Shown here piece by piece: positions 10,649-20,104 of a stretch of DNA of 64,000 nt. Under the pieces are notes generated by a model. That model was not told where the DNA came from. It did no database searches and was given only the letters and a program-made list of their open reading frames with translations. Origin of the DNA: Cyclobacteriaceae bacterium (GTDB lineage Bacteria; Bacteroidota; Bacteroidia; Cytophagales; Cyclobacteriaceae); the NCBI GenBank assembly GCA_019638285.1, contig JAHBUB010000006.1, forward strand, positions 44,219-108,218, in the 5' to 3' direction. The translations under genes and the position numbers were made by a program. Every line of letters starts with the position of its first letter. The stretch's first letter is position 1.

Positions 10649-11470
10649 ATGGCTAAATCAGTTAAAAAGGCTAAAAAAGTAAGTAAAGCACCGAAAAAGG
10701 CTAAGAAAACTGTTAAAACGAAGGGGAAAGTGGTGAAGACTAAGAAAGCAATGAAAAAGAAAGCGGTGAAGGCAAAGAAGGTAACTCAAGCCAAAAAGGT
10801 TGCAAAGCCAATTAAAAGTGCAAAAAAAGTAGCTCCTAAAAAGGCTGTAAAGAAGGATATTGTTGCAAAAAAGGCTACGCCTACTAAGGTTGTCAAAAAA
10901 GTAGCACCAAAAAAAGAAATAGTTCCGGCAAAACCAATGCGGAGAGCAGCTACCCCCACCGTACCCATGGTGGGCAGGAAGAAGGATAATCCTATATCTC
11001 CACTGCCTAAAACGCCACCACAATTAAATATTTTTCCAGCATTAACGCAAAGGCCCATTGCGCATAAACCCGCAAAAGCAGCCGCTCCTTCTGATAAATC
11101 GCGCTACAATGAGACTGAATTAAAAGAGTTTGAAGCGCTTATCAATGAAAAACTTGAAAAGGCGCGTAATGAGTTCAAAATCTTAAAAGAAACCCTTAAT
11201 CGCAATAATGATGAAGGCACCGACAGTACGTCAGGAGGAAGCACAAAAGTATTGGAAGATGGTGCTGAGACAGCTGAAAAGGAGAACTTGAGCCAATTGG
11301 CAGCTCGTCAACTCAAATACATTACCAATCTGGAAAACGCCTTAATTCGTATCAAAAATGGTACTTACGGTATTTGCTCTGTAACCGGTAAATTGATTCC
11401 TAAAGAAAGATTAATTGCTGTGCCACATACCACACAATCCATCGAGGCTAAAATGATGCAAACTGACTAA
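10649..11470 (+). CDS. dksA: DksA/TraR family protein with histone-H1-like Lys/Ala-rich N-terminus
   Basis: C-terminal LAARQLKYI.NLENAL.RIKNGTYGICSVTGKLIPKERL.AVPHTT.SIEAK. First 90 aa contain 39 Lys. Confidence 0.85.
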   Translation: MAKSVKKAKKVSKAPKKAKKTVKTKGKVVKTKKAMKKKAVKAKKVTQAKKVAKPIKSAKKVAPKKAVKKDIVAKKATPTKVVKKVAPKKEIVPAKPMRRAATPTVPMVGRKKDNPISPLPKTPPQLNIFPALTQRPIAHKPAKAAAPSDKSRYNETELKEFEALINEKLEKARNEFKILKETLNRNNDEGTDSTSGGSTKVLEDGAETAEKENLSQLAARQLKYITNLENALIRIKNGTYGICSVTGKLIPKERLIAVPHTTQSIEAKMMQTD

Positions 11471-11471
11471 G

Positions 11472-12041
11472 GTGAATTTTTTACAAAACCATATCGAGGC
11501 CTTAATTTTCTGTTCCCCAGGACCAGCAAAGCTTATAGACATAAAGGCTTGTCTTACTGAAATGTTTAACGCAGATGTTCCTGAAGAGGACATCCAGGCA
11601 TCTATTCTTATATTGGACGAAAAATATCAGTCTGAGGAATATGCATTCCAATTGACAAAAGCAGGAGGAGGTTATCAATTCCTGACCAAGCCTGCTTACC
11701 AGGCTAGTATTGGAATCATGCTCAAGCAGCAGTCCAAAAAAAGGTTGTCTACCTCTGCACTGGAAACTTTATCGATCATTGCCTACAAGCAACCTCTTTC
11801 TAAAACAGAAATTGAGAATATTCGAGGTGTTAATTGCGATTATGCCGTACAAAAACTTCTGGATAAGGGGTTGGTTGAAATCAGGGGCAAAGCCGACACC
11901 ATAGGTCGTCCTATTCTATATGGTACAACCACAAAGTTTATGGAGTACTTTGGCATCAATGATCTGAATGAGCTTCCCACACCTAAGGATTTCACACAAG
12001 AAGTAAACACCATCGGGGAGTCCTCTGAGGATAATCAGTAA
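11472..12041 (+). CDS. scpB: SMC-Scp complex subunit ScpB
   Basis: IEALIF, GGGYQFLTK, LS..ALETL.IIAYKQP..K.EIE.IRGVN, GRP.LYGTT..F..YFG. Confidence 0.95.
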   Translation: MNFLQNHIEALIFCSPGPAKLIDIKACLTEMFNADVPEEDIQASILILDEKYQSEEYAFQLTKAGGGYQFLTKPAYQASIGIMLKQQSKKRLSTSALETLSIIAYKQPLSKTEIENIRGVNCDYAVQKLLDKGLVEIRGKADTIGRPILYGTTTKFMEYFGINDLNELPTPKDFTQEVNTIGESSEDNQ

Positions 12042-12076
12042 GCTCACAAAAGGCAGTAGTGCCTAATTAATTACCT

Positions 12077-13261
12077 ATGGCACACAAACGTTCAGATAAA
12101 AAAACTTCCTTCGGGAAAAAAACAGCACCTCACAAATCCTTTTTAAAGAAGGGACGCAGAGCGCGAAATGAAGAGGACGATAAACCAAAACCCTCTTTTG
12201 GGCGTCCTTCTGGTACAGGTCCCAGAAAATTCAACGCTGAGGATAGTGGTTTCTCAAAGCGGGATACCCCCCGCTCATCCAGTCCGGATGAGCGACCTAA
12301 AAAGAGTTTTATTAAACGATCACCAAGACATTCAGAAGGAGAAGAAAGACCGTTCAAAAGGTCTGAATTCACTAAAAGAAGTTCGGATAAGAGAAGCACT
12401 GATAAGCCTTTTTCAAGAGAGAAAAGAGACACAAACAAAGATACTTTCAAACCCAAATCAGATCGTTCATTGGGATTTGTTAAGAAAGCAAGGTCCGCTC
12501 CTAAAAGTGCCCCCTCCTACGAAAACACTGGAAAGGCAAAGATGAGCATCGATGGGCTTACCCGGCTCAATAAATACATAGCCAACAGTGGGCTGGGGTC
12601 AAGAAGAGAGGCAGATGAAATGATAAAGAAGGGGCTTATCAGTGTGAATGGTGTAACCATTACGGAAATGGGCCATAAGGTGAAGCAGGGGGATGCCGTG
12701 CGCTATGAAGACAGGTTACTTAAAGCTGAAAAGCTTGTGTACGTATTGCTCAATAAGCCCAAAGGATTTATCACCACTACCTCCGATCCAAAGGAGCGTA
12801 AAACAGTAATGAATCTGGTCGCCAATGCCTGCAAGGAACGCTTGTACCCTGTGGGAAGATTAGATCGCAATACAACAGGCTTACTGCTACTCACCAACGA
12901 TGGAGAATTGGCAGATAAGCTGACACATCCTTCCTACAATACCAAAAAGATTTACAAAGTAGAATTGGATCGCGCCCTTACAAAAAATGATTTCCAAAAA
13001 ATCCAAGAAGGGGTAAGGCTTGAAGAAGGAAAAGCAATAGTAGACGACCTGGTCATTACCAGCGATGACAAGAAAACGATTGGCATCGAATTGCATATAG
13101 GCTGGAATCGCATTGTTCGCAGAATTTTTGAGTCGCTGGAATATGAAGTAGTAAAACTCGATCGCGTTATATTCGCTGGTCTGGATAAAAAAGATCTTCC
13201 CCGGGGAGAATGGAGATTTCTCAAGCCCGAGGAAGTGATAAAATTGAAACATTTTAAATAG
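12077..13261 (+). CDS. rluB: RluB/RsuA family rRNA pseudouridine synthase with basic disordered N-terminus
   Basis: S4 domain RLNKYIANSG..SRREAD. NKPKG and catalytic PVGRLDRNTTGLLLLTNDG. Downstream of scpB. Confidence 0.88.
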   Translation: MAHKRSDKKTSFGKKTAPHKSFLKKGRRARNEEDDKPKPSFGRPSGTGPRKFNAEDSGFSKRDTPRSSSPDERPKKSFIKRSPRHSEGEERPFKRSEFTKRSSDKRSTDKPFSREKRDTNKDTFKPKSDRSLGFVKKARSAPKSAPSYENTGKAKMSIDGLTRLNKYIANSGLGSRREADEMIKKGLISVNGVTITEMGHKVKQGDAVRYEDRLLKAEKLVYVLLNKPKGFITTTSDPKERKTVMNLVANACKERLYPVGRLDRNTTGLLLLTNDGELADKLTHPSYNTKKIYKVELDRALTKNDFQKIQEGVRLEEGKAIVDDLVITSDDKKTIGIELHIGWNRIVRRIFESLEYEVVKLDRVIFAGLDKKDLPRGEWRFLKPEEVIKLKHFK

Positions 13262-15685
13262 CTACTCCCCTTTCAGGTTATCAACTGGGTTTACGAAGGT
13301 TGCCCGGAATGTTTGGGATCCAATGGTGAGTATCCCAAATGCCAATAGTATCAGCACCCCTAACACAACTACCCCTACGCTAAAAGATGTATGATAGGCT
13401 ATCTGCTGCAGCCAGAGATTGTTTATAAAATAAGCAGCCGGTACAGCAAGGACAATGGCTAACAAAAGAATCTTTATAAATCCTTTTGACAAAAGCAGGA
13501 TCAAAGTTTTACTGTCTGCCCCCAACACCTTTCTAATTGAAATTTCCTTTATCCTCGTTTCGGTGGTGTAAGTAGCCATACCCAACAAGCCTAAACATGA
13601 AATAATAATAGCCAACGCAGCAATTACCCCGACTACATTAACAATATCTCCAAAGATCAATTCATAAAATCCCTTGATTTCATCTTCAAATACTTTGTAA
13701 TCAATCTTCAAAGTAGGGTTTATTTTAGTCCAGGCTGCTTCAATGGATCTGATGGCTTCATTATAGTCTCCACTGTACTTAACTTGCAGCAAATTAATCT
13801 CTTCTGGATTATACATAAGCGCCATGGGTTCTATTTTTGCCATTAAAATCTGATGGTTATAATTCTTTACCACCCCTATTATTTCTCTTGGCATAGAGTC
13901 TTGCTGATAAATCACCTGTTGTCCTATCGCATCCAAGGGACTGTCATAATGAAATGCTTGTACAGCTGCCTCATTGATTACAACAAAGTGTGAATTGGAT
14001 TCTCCCGCCTCTTTAGTAAAGTACTTTCCTGCGACTAACGAAATATTCAAATTTTCAAGATAATCTTCATCGACATCAAAATAATTAAGATCCGTCCAGT
14101 CTTTGTCATCCAGAGAATTTTTGAATCCATTGGAAAAAGTAGTGCCCGCAGCCGGCACATGCGATGAGGCCGAAACGTTAATAATGTTGGCGTGATTAAG
14201 TAATTCAGTTTTTAGTTCCTTTGGCTGGGTGTCACCCAATCGCACCACCACATTGTTCTTCATATCAAAACCATGATCGGCTCGTATAAAAAAGGAAAGC
14301 TGATTATAAATAACAATTACACTCAAAATAAATATTAATGAGAGGGAAAACTGAGCCACCAATAAAGCCTTTCTTACCCCCACTTTAGAAAATACTTTCA
14401 CAGTTCCCAGTTGCTTCAATACCTTTACAGGTTGAAAACCAGAAAGTACTACAGCTGGAAATATTCCAGCAAGTATTCCCACCACAAGAGCAAACAAAAC
14501 AAAAGCGCCATATACATAAATGTTAGACTCAAGATCCCATTTCAAAATTCTTGCGAAGTTGAGATGGAGCATAAGGGGTTTCAATGCTATTAAAAAAATC
14601 ATAGACAATGCCAACGCCAACAAAGAGGTAATAATGGCTTCGGAAAGAAATTGAGTGAATATTTGCCAACGTGCGGCTCCTGAAACCTTGCGAATACCAA
14701 TCTCTTTGGTACGCGTCAATGACCTGGCAATAGACAAATTTGTAAAATTAAAGCAGGATGTAATCAAAACCAGCGCAGCCAATCCGCCCAGGAAGTAAAT
14801 GAAAATCCAGGGTAAAAACGGGCCGATAGGGTTATTCATAAATTCTCCGGGCGTGATGTTACTTAATTTTTGCAGTCTGTATTTGAATTTAGTAATGTCA
14901 GGATTTTCAATGCCAGCAATATGTTTTAAATGAATATCATCCAGGTAAGGCTGGATATCTTTTGCTGATTTGCCTTCTTCTAATAGGACATACGTCCACG
15001 CGCCCCAATTATTAAGGTAATTGTCCAGGTCAGACTTCAGTACGCCCGCCTTTTCAAGGCTTGCAGTAGTCGACATGCTGGCCAGCGCCTCAAAAACGAT
15101 GTGCGATTTTTGATCAGTTTGCTTGATGACCCCTGTAACCGTATAGGTACCCAGCTCTCCCACTTTAATGGTTTGGCCGAGTGGATTTTCCTGCTCAAAA
15201 AGTTTTCGTGCAGCCGCTTTTGTTAAGACTACGGAATAGGGTTCTACCAATGCTGTCTTTGAATCTCCATATTCCAACTCGTATTCAAAGAAATCAAGGA
15301 CAGATGCATCTGCATAAAATCCACTCAACGGAATGTTTACATCTTGCTCAAATTGTATCCACCCATTTCCAAAGCCTCGCTTCAATCTAGCAAACGACTC
15401 AACACCTGCATATCCTTCTTTCAGTGCGGGACCAATAGGCAAAGCCGATGTAGCATAGTCGATGCCCCCCTTATCCAGGCCATCGAGTTGTAATGGCCTA
15501 CTCACCACCCTATATATTCTATCCCGCTTTGTATTGTTCAAATCATAAGTCATCTGGTCAGCCACTAGCATCATTATGCCCATGCAGATCGTCATGCTCA
15601 CAGACAATCCAAAAATATTGATGAATGAAAAGAAACGATGGCGCAACAAATTTCTAATTGCCGTACGGAAATAGTTTTTAATCAT
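13262..15685 (-). CDS. MacB/FtsX-type ABC transporter permease (duplicated)
   Basis: MIKNYFRTAIRNL, NFTNLSIARSLTR.KEIGIRKV.GA, ISCLGLLGM.......R.KEI.IRKVLGA. Confidence 0.92.
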   Translation of the reverse strand: MIKNYFRTAIRNLLRHRFFSFINIFGLSVSMTICMGIMMLVADQMTYDLNNTKRDRIYRVVSRPLQLDGLDKGGIDYATSALPIGPALKEGYAGVESFARLKRGFGNGWIQFEQDVNIPLSGFYADASVLDFFEYELEYGDSKTALVEPYSVVLTKAAARKLFEQENPLGQTIKVGELGTYTVTGVIKQTDQKSHIVFEALASMSTTASLEKAGVLKSDLDNYLNNWGAWTYVLLEEGKSAKDIQPYLDDIHLKHIAGIENPDITKFKYRLQKLSNITPGEFMNNPIGPFLPWIFIYFLGGLAALVLITSCFNFTNLSIARSLTRTKEIGIRKVSGAARWQIFTQFLSEAIITSLLALALSMIFLIALKPLMLHLNFARILKWDLESNIYVYGAFVLFALVVGILAGIFPAVVLSGFQPVKVLKQLGTVKVFSKVGVRKALLVAQFSLSLIFILSVIVIYNQLSFFIRADHGFDMKNNVVVRLGDTQPKELKTELLNHANIINVSASSHVPAAGTTFSNGFKNSLDDKDWTDLNYFDVDEDYLENLNISLVAGKYFTKEAGESNSHFVVINEAAVQAFHYDSPLDAIGQQVIYQQDSMPREIIGVVKNYNHQILMAKIEPMALMYNPEEINLLQVKYSGDYNEAIRSIEAAWTKINPTLKIDYKVFEDEIKGFYELIFGDIVNVVGVIAALAIIISCLGLLGMATYTTETRIKEISIRKVLGADSKTLILLLSKGFIKILLLAIVLAVPAAYFINNLWLQQIAYHTSFSVGVVVLGVLILLAFGILTIGSQTFRATFVNPVDNLKGE

Positions 15686-15713
15686 AAGTAAAGAATAAAA
15701 TGTTATTAATTAT

Positions 15714-16067
15714 TTATTTGTCTGATTCCCTCTTTACAATGAAGTAGTAAATCAAGAAGCCAAATGAAATAAAGAATGCCAGTAGCCCATATGGCAATGG
15801 GGACTCAGGGCTGGTAGGAATATATTCCATAATAATAAGTGCCAACCCCCCGAAGAAAATGATTAACCCCCATTTCAGGGCCCCATATTTATTTTCATCG
15901 GCATGTCTTTTGAATATTGCCTGGGTATCCTCATTGACATATCCTTTTTCAATCATTTTCTTTTTCAAAATATACTCTGTAAGTACTTTGGTAAAAAAAT
16001 AAAGTGATGTGCCAAGGCCTCCAAAAATGGCCAATGGCATAAGTACTTCTCTTAAATTCTGATTCAT
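15714..16067 (-). CDS. Small membrane protein (DUF6249-like)
   Basis: Three hydrophobic segments and a MIEKG...LKWGL.....GL pattern. Divergent from an ECF sigma. Confidence 0.65.
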   Translation of the reverse strand: MNQNLREVLMPLAIFGGLGTSLYFFTKVLTEYILKKKMIEKGYVNEDTQAIFKRHADENKYGALKWGLIIFFGGLALIIMEYIPTSPESPLPYGLLAFFISFGFLIYYFIVKRESDK

Positions 16068-16110
16068 AATCTATTGAGTTTAAATTTTTGCGATTTGCTT
16101 TCGGGAAATA

Positions 16111-16139
16111 AGACACTGGTAGCCTCACTCAATGTTGCA
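16111..16139 (-). promoter_or_regulatory. Putative ECF promoter for the DUF6249-like/permease operon
   Basis: Minus strand TGCAAC-N17-GTGTCT. Confidence 0.65.
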
Positions 16140-16193
16140 GTTAGCATGATAATTTTTCAATAAAATACGTATAATCACTGAATGAAGATTTGC

Positions 16194-16221
16194 TGCAACC
16201 TTATATTAGAATTGCGTGTCT
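16194..16221 (+). promoter_or_regulatory. Putative autoregulatory ECF promoter
   Basis: Plus strand TGCAAC-N16-GTGTCT, ending 9 nt before ATG 16231. Confidence 0.65.
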
Positions 16222-16230
16222 AACACCTCA

Positions 16231-16794
16231 ATGACGGAAGATGAGGCGCTTGTCTCTAGAATACTAGCAGGAGATATGGAGTCTTTCAGGCGGCTTATCA
16301 AGCAGCATGAAAGACTCGTGGCTCATATGGTAGGCAGGATAGTAAAGAATACAGAAGATCAGGAAGAGCTTTGTCAAGATGTATTTCTTAAGGTATACGA
16401 TAAATTGAAAACGTTTAGTTTTCAATCAAAATTATCAACATGGATCGCGACCATTGCTTACAGGCATGCTATAAATCACTTACGGAAAAAACGCATTCCC
16501 ATCAATGGACAAGTTGAATGGGAAGATTTTAAAGAACGGTTTATTGATGACGGCAACCTAGAAGAGGAATTGGCGGACAAAGATCTGGAAGAGCATGTTA
16601 TGATTTATATCAATCAACTCCCAATCCATTATCGCGCAGTATTAACGATGTACCATGTAGAGGGAATGAATTATCAGGAAATTGGAAAAATTACTGACAT
16701 GCCTGAGGGTACAGTAAAAAATTATCTGTTCAGGGCACGGAATTTATTAAAAGAAAAAGTCAAGAAGTATCTTAGCACAGAAAAATGCAGATGA
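16231..16794 (+). CDS. ECF RNA polymerase sigma factor
   Basis: Region 2 EELCQDVFLKVY...F..QSKLSTWI.TIA. Region 4 YQEI..IT.MPEGTVK.YLFRAR. The ORF-track GTG at 16216 lies inside the -10 element. Confidence 0.93.
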   Translation: MTEDEALVSRILAGDMESFRRLIKQHERLVAHMVGRIVKNTEDQEELCQDVFLKVYDKLKTFSFQSKLSTWIATIAYRHAINHLRKKRIPINGQVEWEDFKERFIDDGNLEEELADKDLEEHVMIYINQLPIHYRAVLTMYHVEGMNYQEIGKITDMPEGTVKNYLFRARNLLKEKVKKYLSTEKCR

Positions 16795-17186
16795 AGACAC
16801 TGGACGAAAAACTACAGGAATCTATCGAGCGTGGAGATTTAAATTTAACCGACCTGGATAGTCGGGCTTATAAAATTGTCTTTGGCGCCCTCAAAAAAGA
16901 CCCGGACATCGCCCTGAAAACACAATTTGCAGATAGTGTGATTAAGAAAATTATGAGCGTCAAAGAAAGACACGCTGTCCGTATGAATTATTTATGGCTT
17001 AGTGCTGGCGTCTTCGTTTTATTCGTTACTGCAATTATTACTATTATATTGACCAATTTTAGGCCTGCCTTAGGCGCCTTTCAGTTTATAGTGAATTATG
17101 GAGGGCTTTTAATTGTTGCCGGTTTTCTGATTGGTTTTTTTCAGTGGATAGATAAAAAAGTGTTAGTGCATAAAAGCGTTATTTAA
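16785..17186 (+). CDS. Putative membrane anti-sigma factor
   Basis: Overlaps the sigma stop codon. Soluble N-terminus followed by two TM segments. Confidence 0.65.
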   Translation: MQMKTLDEKLQESIERGDLNLTDLDSRAYKIVFGALKKDPDIALKTQFADSVIKKIMSVKERHAVRMNYLWLSAGVFVLFVTAIITIILTNFRPALGAFQFIVNYGGLLIVAGFLIGFFQWIDKKVLVHKSVI

Positions 17187-17307
17187 AAATTCCGATTAAA
17201 ATTATTGCTTAAACAGTCGTCCTGTCATTCTACGCGGTTTTTCAGCCCATTATCCATTCTTGTAATTTTTATGCCTGCCTTCGTTCTTTTCGGTACTTTT
17301 GTATCCC

Positions 17308-17814
17308 GTGAAAAAGATTGTTTCCATTATTGTCCTTACGGCACTCCTGACGCACCTCATTGGGTTCTGTATTTATTTTGTAGTGCGACAAGGACAAATT
17401 CGTCAGGAAATGCGTGAATCCATTGGGACGTTACCTGATGAAGAATTCGAAACATTTGTTTTTACTTCCGAAGAATATGAAAAAGTGAGGGTAAACGATT
17501 TTGAAGTAAGGGTTGATGGAAAAATGTATGACCATAGTCGACCAAAATTTGAAAATGGGAAAATCACCTTATTTGCTCGCCATGATGCAGAAGAGGACAA
17601 TCTTATCAGTTTCCTTGCCGAAATTATAAATTCATCTACAAATGATACCAATCCAATACCTCCCCAATTGCTAAGTTTTTTTAATCTCATCTATTTATCA
17701 CCTCATCCATTAACATTAACTGTTTCAACAGAAAAAGAAAATCCTTTCGACTGTTATAATTCAAATCTTCTGACTCAGTATTTTCCGATTGAGTATCAGC
17801 CACCCCGATTCTGA
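17308..17814 (+). CDS. Hypothetical exported/membrane protein ending in QPPRF
   Basis: N-terminal hydrophobic helix and DGKMYD motif. TACTTTTG (-7 element) at 17294-17301 lies just before GTG 17308, so the mRNA would be nearly leaderless. Confidence 0.7.
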   Translation: MKKIVSIIVLTALLTHLIGFCIYFVVRQGQIRQEMRESIGTLPDEEFETFVFTSEEYEKVRVNDFEVRVDGKMYDHSRPKFENGKITLFARHDAEEDNLISFLAEIINSSTNDTNPIPPQLLSFFNLIYLSPHPLTLTVSTEKENPFDCYNSNLLTQYFPIEYQPPRF

Positions 17815-18028
17815 GGCTGCTAATCCGCCTCGAATGATTTTCAGGAAAATATATTCTCACACGCAAAGTATATTACAATATACGGTGGATTTATAAACAT
17901 AATCAATCAACGATACAGGCTGTATGGCTCAGGTATCTCAGCCTCTAAAAGAAGCTTTATTTTTGACGGCCAAATTATAAAAAAATAAATGCAGGGTGCT
18001 CAACTTAAGCACTCCGCTTCCTAACCTT

Positions 18029-18562
18029 ATGAATTACAGAAAAATAGTAGATTCTTTACGCCAATTTAGAACATGGCATCGGTTTATTGGAACGGGATTG
18101 GGATTCTTTATGCTCATTACCGCAACAACCGGAATTCTTCTGGGTTTGAAAAAGAATGTAGATATCTTACAGCCTCCAGAACAAAAAGGAACCTCCACAG
18201 ATCTAAGTCAGTGGGTAAGTATTGATGATATCGTTAAGTCGGCAACATATGCTGTTGACTCGGTCGTTGGCCGCTCAATAAAAGTGGACAAGCTTGATGT
18301 AAGACCCAGCAAAGGAATTGTTAAGGTTCTATTTAAAGATGGATATTGGGAAGTACAGGTGGATGGAACCACAGGGAAATCCCTATCCGTACTCAGGCGT
18401 CATTCTGATTGGATAGAACATCTACATGATGGATCCATTATCAGTGATTTTGTAAAAATCACCTACACCAATTTAATGGGTTGGGGTTTACTGATCCTTT
18501 CTTTAAGTGGTTTTTGGTTGTGGTATGGTCCAAAAATCGTGAAAAAAATTAAGACTAGTTAA
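18029..18562 (+). CDS. PepSY-associated TM helix domain protein
   Basis: FRTWHRFIG...TTGILLG, IEHLHDGS, LSGFWLW. Confidence 0.85.
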   Translation: MNYRKIVDSLRQFRTWHRFIGTGLGFFMLITATTGILLGLKKNVDILQPPEQKGTSTDLSQWVSIDDIVKSATYAVDSVVGRSIKVDKLDVRPSKGIVKVLFKDGYWEVQVDGTTGKSLSVLRRHSDWIEHLHDGSIISDFVKITYTNLMGWGLLILSLSGFWLWYGPKIVKKIKTS

Positions 18563-19427
18563 TTTTTTGAATTAGTGGATTGAAAGCCTTAGAGGCGACA
18601 AGCACTTCATCGCCCACAGATAGCTGAGATGCCTCTCGTTCATCCGCTACTACTTTCACTATATTATTTGCTACCAAAATGGTAATAATAAATATCACAT
18701 CTGATTTTTCAACATCAATCACCTCCCCGGTAAACTTAAATTTCCCACTCACATCTGTTTGTGAAAATAATGATAAAGGGGTGCTGCGCGATGTGATTTT
18801 ACCATCCTTTAACACCCATACCTCATTGGACATTTTAAATACCTCTTTCACCTCATGGCTTACCAGAAAAGTAGTGAGGTTGAAATTACGATGTAGTTTC
18901 AATATATAATTCTGAAGCTTATCTCTCATGGCCTTGTCCAGTGCGGAAAGTGGTTCGTCCAGTAATAATAGCTTTGGTCTCCGCACCAGTGCCCTGGCCA
19001 GCGCCACGCGTTGCTTCTGGCCTCCCGATAATGTTTCTGGTCGTCTATATTGTAAGTCGCCAAGTTCAATCAAGTCTACCAGTTCTGCTATCACCCTTTT
19101 GTCTTGATTTTTATACAGTGCAAACTCAAGATTTTGTCGCACTGTCATATTAGGAAACAAGGCATAGTCCTGAAATACAATTCCTATTTTTCGCTGTTGT
19201 GGGCTTAGATTAATTTTCTCCTCAGCGCTGTACCACACTTCTTCCCCAACTTTTAAGTATCCCCTCTCAGGCTGAAGTAATCCAGCGAGCATTCTTAAAA
19301 TAGAGGTCTTGCCGGCACCCGACTCACCATATAAAGTAATCAAGTTACCTTCGGTAATTTCTGCATCTACCTCAAGACGAAAATGTCCATTGGCTGCATT
19401 AAGTTTTTTAGTGAACTGAAATATCAT
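18555..19427 (-). CDS. modC: Molybdate ABC transporter ATP-binding protein with TOBE domain
   Basis: GESGAGKT, FQDYALFP, LSGGQKQRVALARAL, LLLDEP, C-terminal TOBE. Confidence 0.92.
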   Translation of the reverse strand: MIFQFTKKLNAANGHFRLEVDAEITEGNLITLYGESGAGKTSILRMLAGLLQPERGYLKVGEEVWYSAEEKINLSPQQRKIGIVFQDYALFPNMTVRQNLEFALYKNQDKRVIAELVDLIELGDLQYRRPETLSGGQKQRVALARALVRRPKLLLLDEPLSALDKAMRDKLQNYILKLHRNFNLTTFLVSHEVKEVFKMSNEVWVLKDGKITSRSTPLSLFSQTDVSGKFKFTGEVIDVEKSDVIFIITILVANNIVKVVADEREASQLSVGDEVLVASKAFNPLIQKIN

Positions 19428-20104
19428 TGTGAAATTTTCCTTCGGTGTCGATCACTAACAAGATATACGATAAATAAAATTACAAACGTTACAACCAGCA
19501 AAACACCAGCATAGGCATTTGCGGTTTCGTAGTTGAGCGCCTCTACTTCATCATAAATGGCTATAGAGGCTACACGTGTTTTATCAGGTATACTTCCTCC
19601 GATCATGAGTACTACGCCAAACTCACCTACCGTATGGGCAAATGCCAATACAATTCCGGTTAATAATGAAGGCTTAATATTGGGCAATAATACTTTAACC
19701 AGCGTGGTGAATTTTGATTTGCCAAGTGAAGAAGAAGCTTCAGCAAGAGAAACAGAAAGGTTGCTCAATCCCGATTGAATAGGCTGAACCATAAAAGGCA
19801 AACTATATATTAGAGAGGCGAACACCAAGCCCTCGAATGAAAAAACCAATCGCAAGCCAAAGGTATTTTCCATAAAACCTCCAATCATACTCGATGGGTT
19901 AAGGGCTACGAGTATATAAAATCCAAGTACTGTAGGAGGGAGCACAATCGGCATAGCAACCAAAGTTTCAATTACAGGTTTAAATTTAGATTTGGAGTAA
20001 GAAAGCCAGTACGCTAGTGGAATTGAAATCACAAACAATATAACGGTGGTGATCAGCGCCAATTTAAATGTCAATGCAAAAGGGCTCCAATCTATATTAC
20101 TCAT
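19424..20104 (-). CDS. modB: Molybdate ABC transporter permease
   Basis: MPIVLPPTVLGFY, FAHTVGEFGVVLMIGG.IP..TRVAS. Confidence 0.95.
   Translation of the reverse strand: MSNIDWSPFALTFKLALITTVILFVISIPLAYWLSYSKSKFKPVIETLVAMPIVLPPTVLGFYILVALNPSSMIGGFMENTFGLRLVFSFEGLVFASLIYSLPFMVQPIQSGLSNLSVSLAEASSSLGKSKFTTLVKVLLPNIKPSLLTGIVLAFAHTVGEFGVVLMIGGSIPDKTRVASIAIYDEVEALNYETANAYAGVLLVVTFVILFIVYLVSDRHRRKISQ

Noticed and set aside
13259-13264. Abutting or overlapping convergent stops (TAGCTA here; also 309-321 and 18555-18562)
   Set aside because: Common in compact genomes. Nothing indicates antisense regulation.
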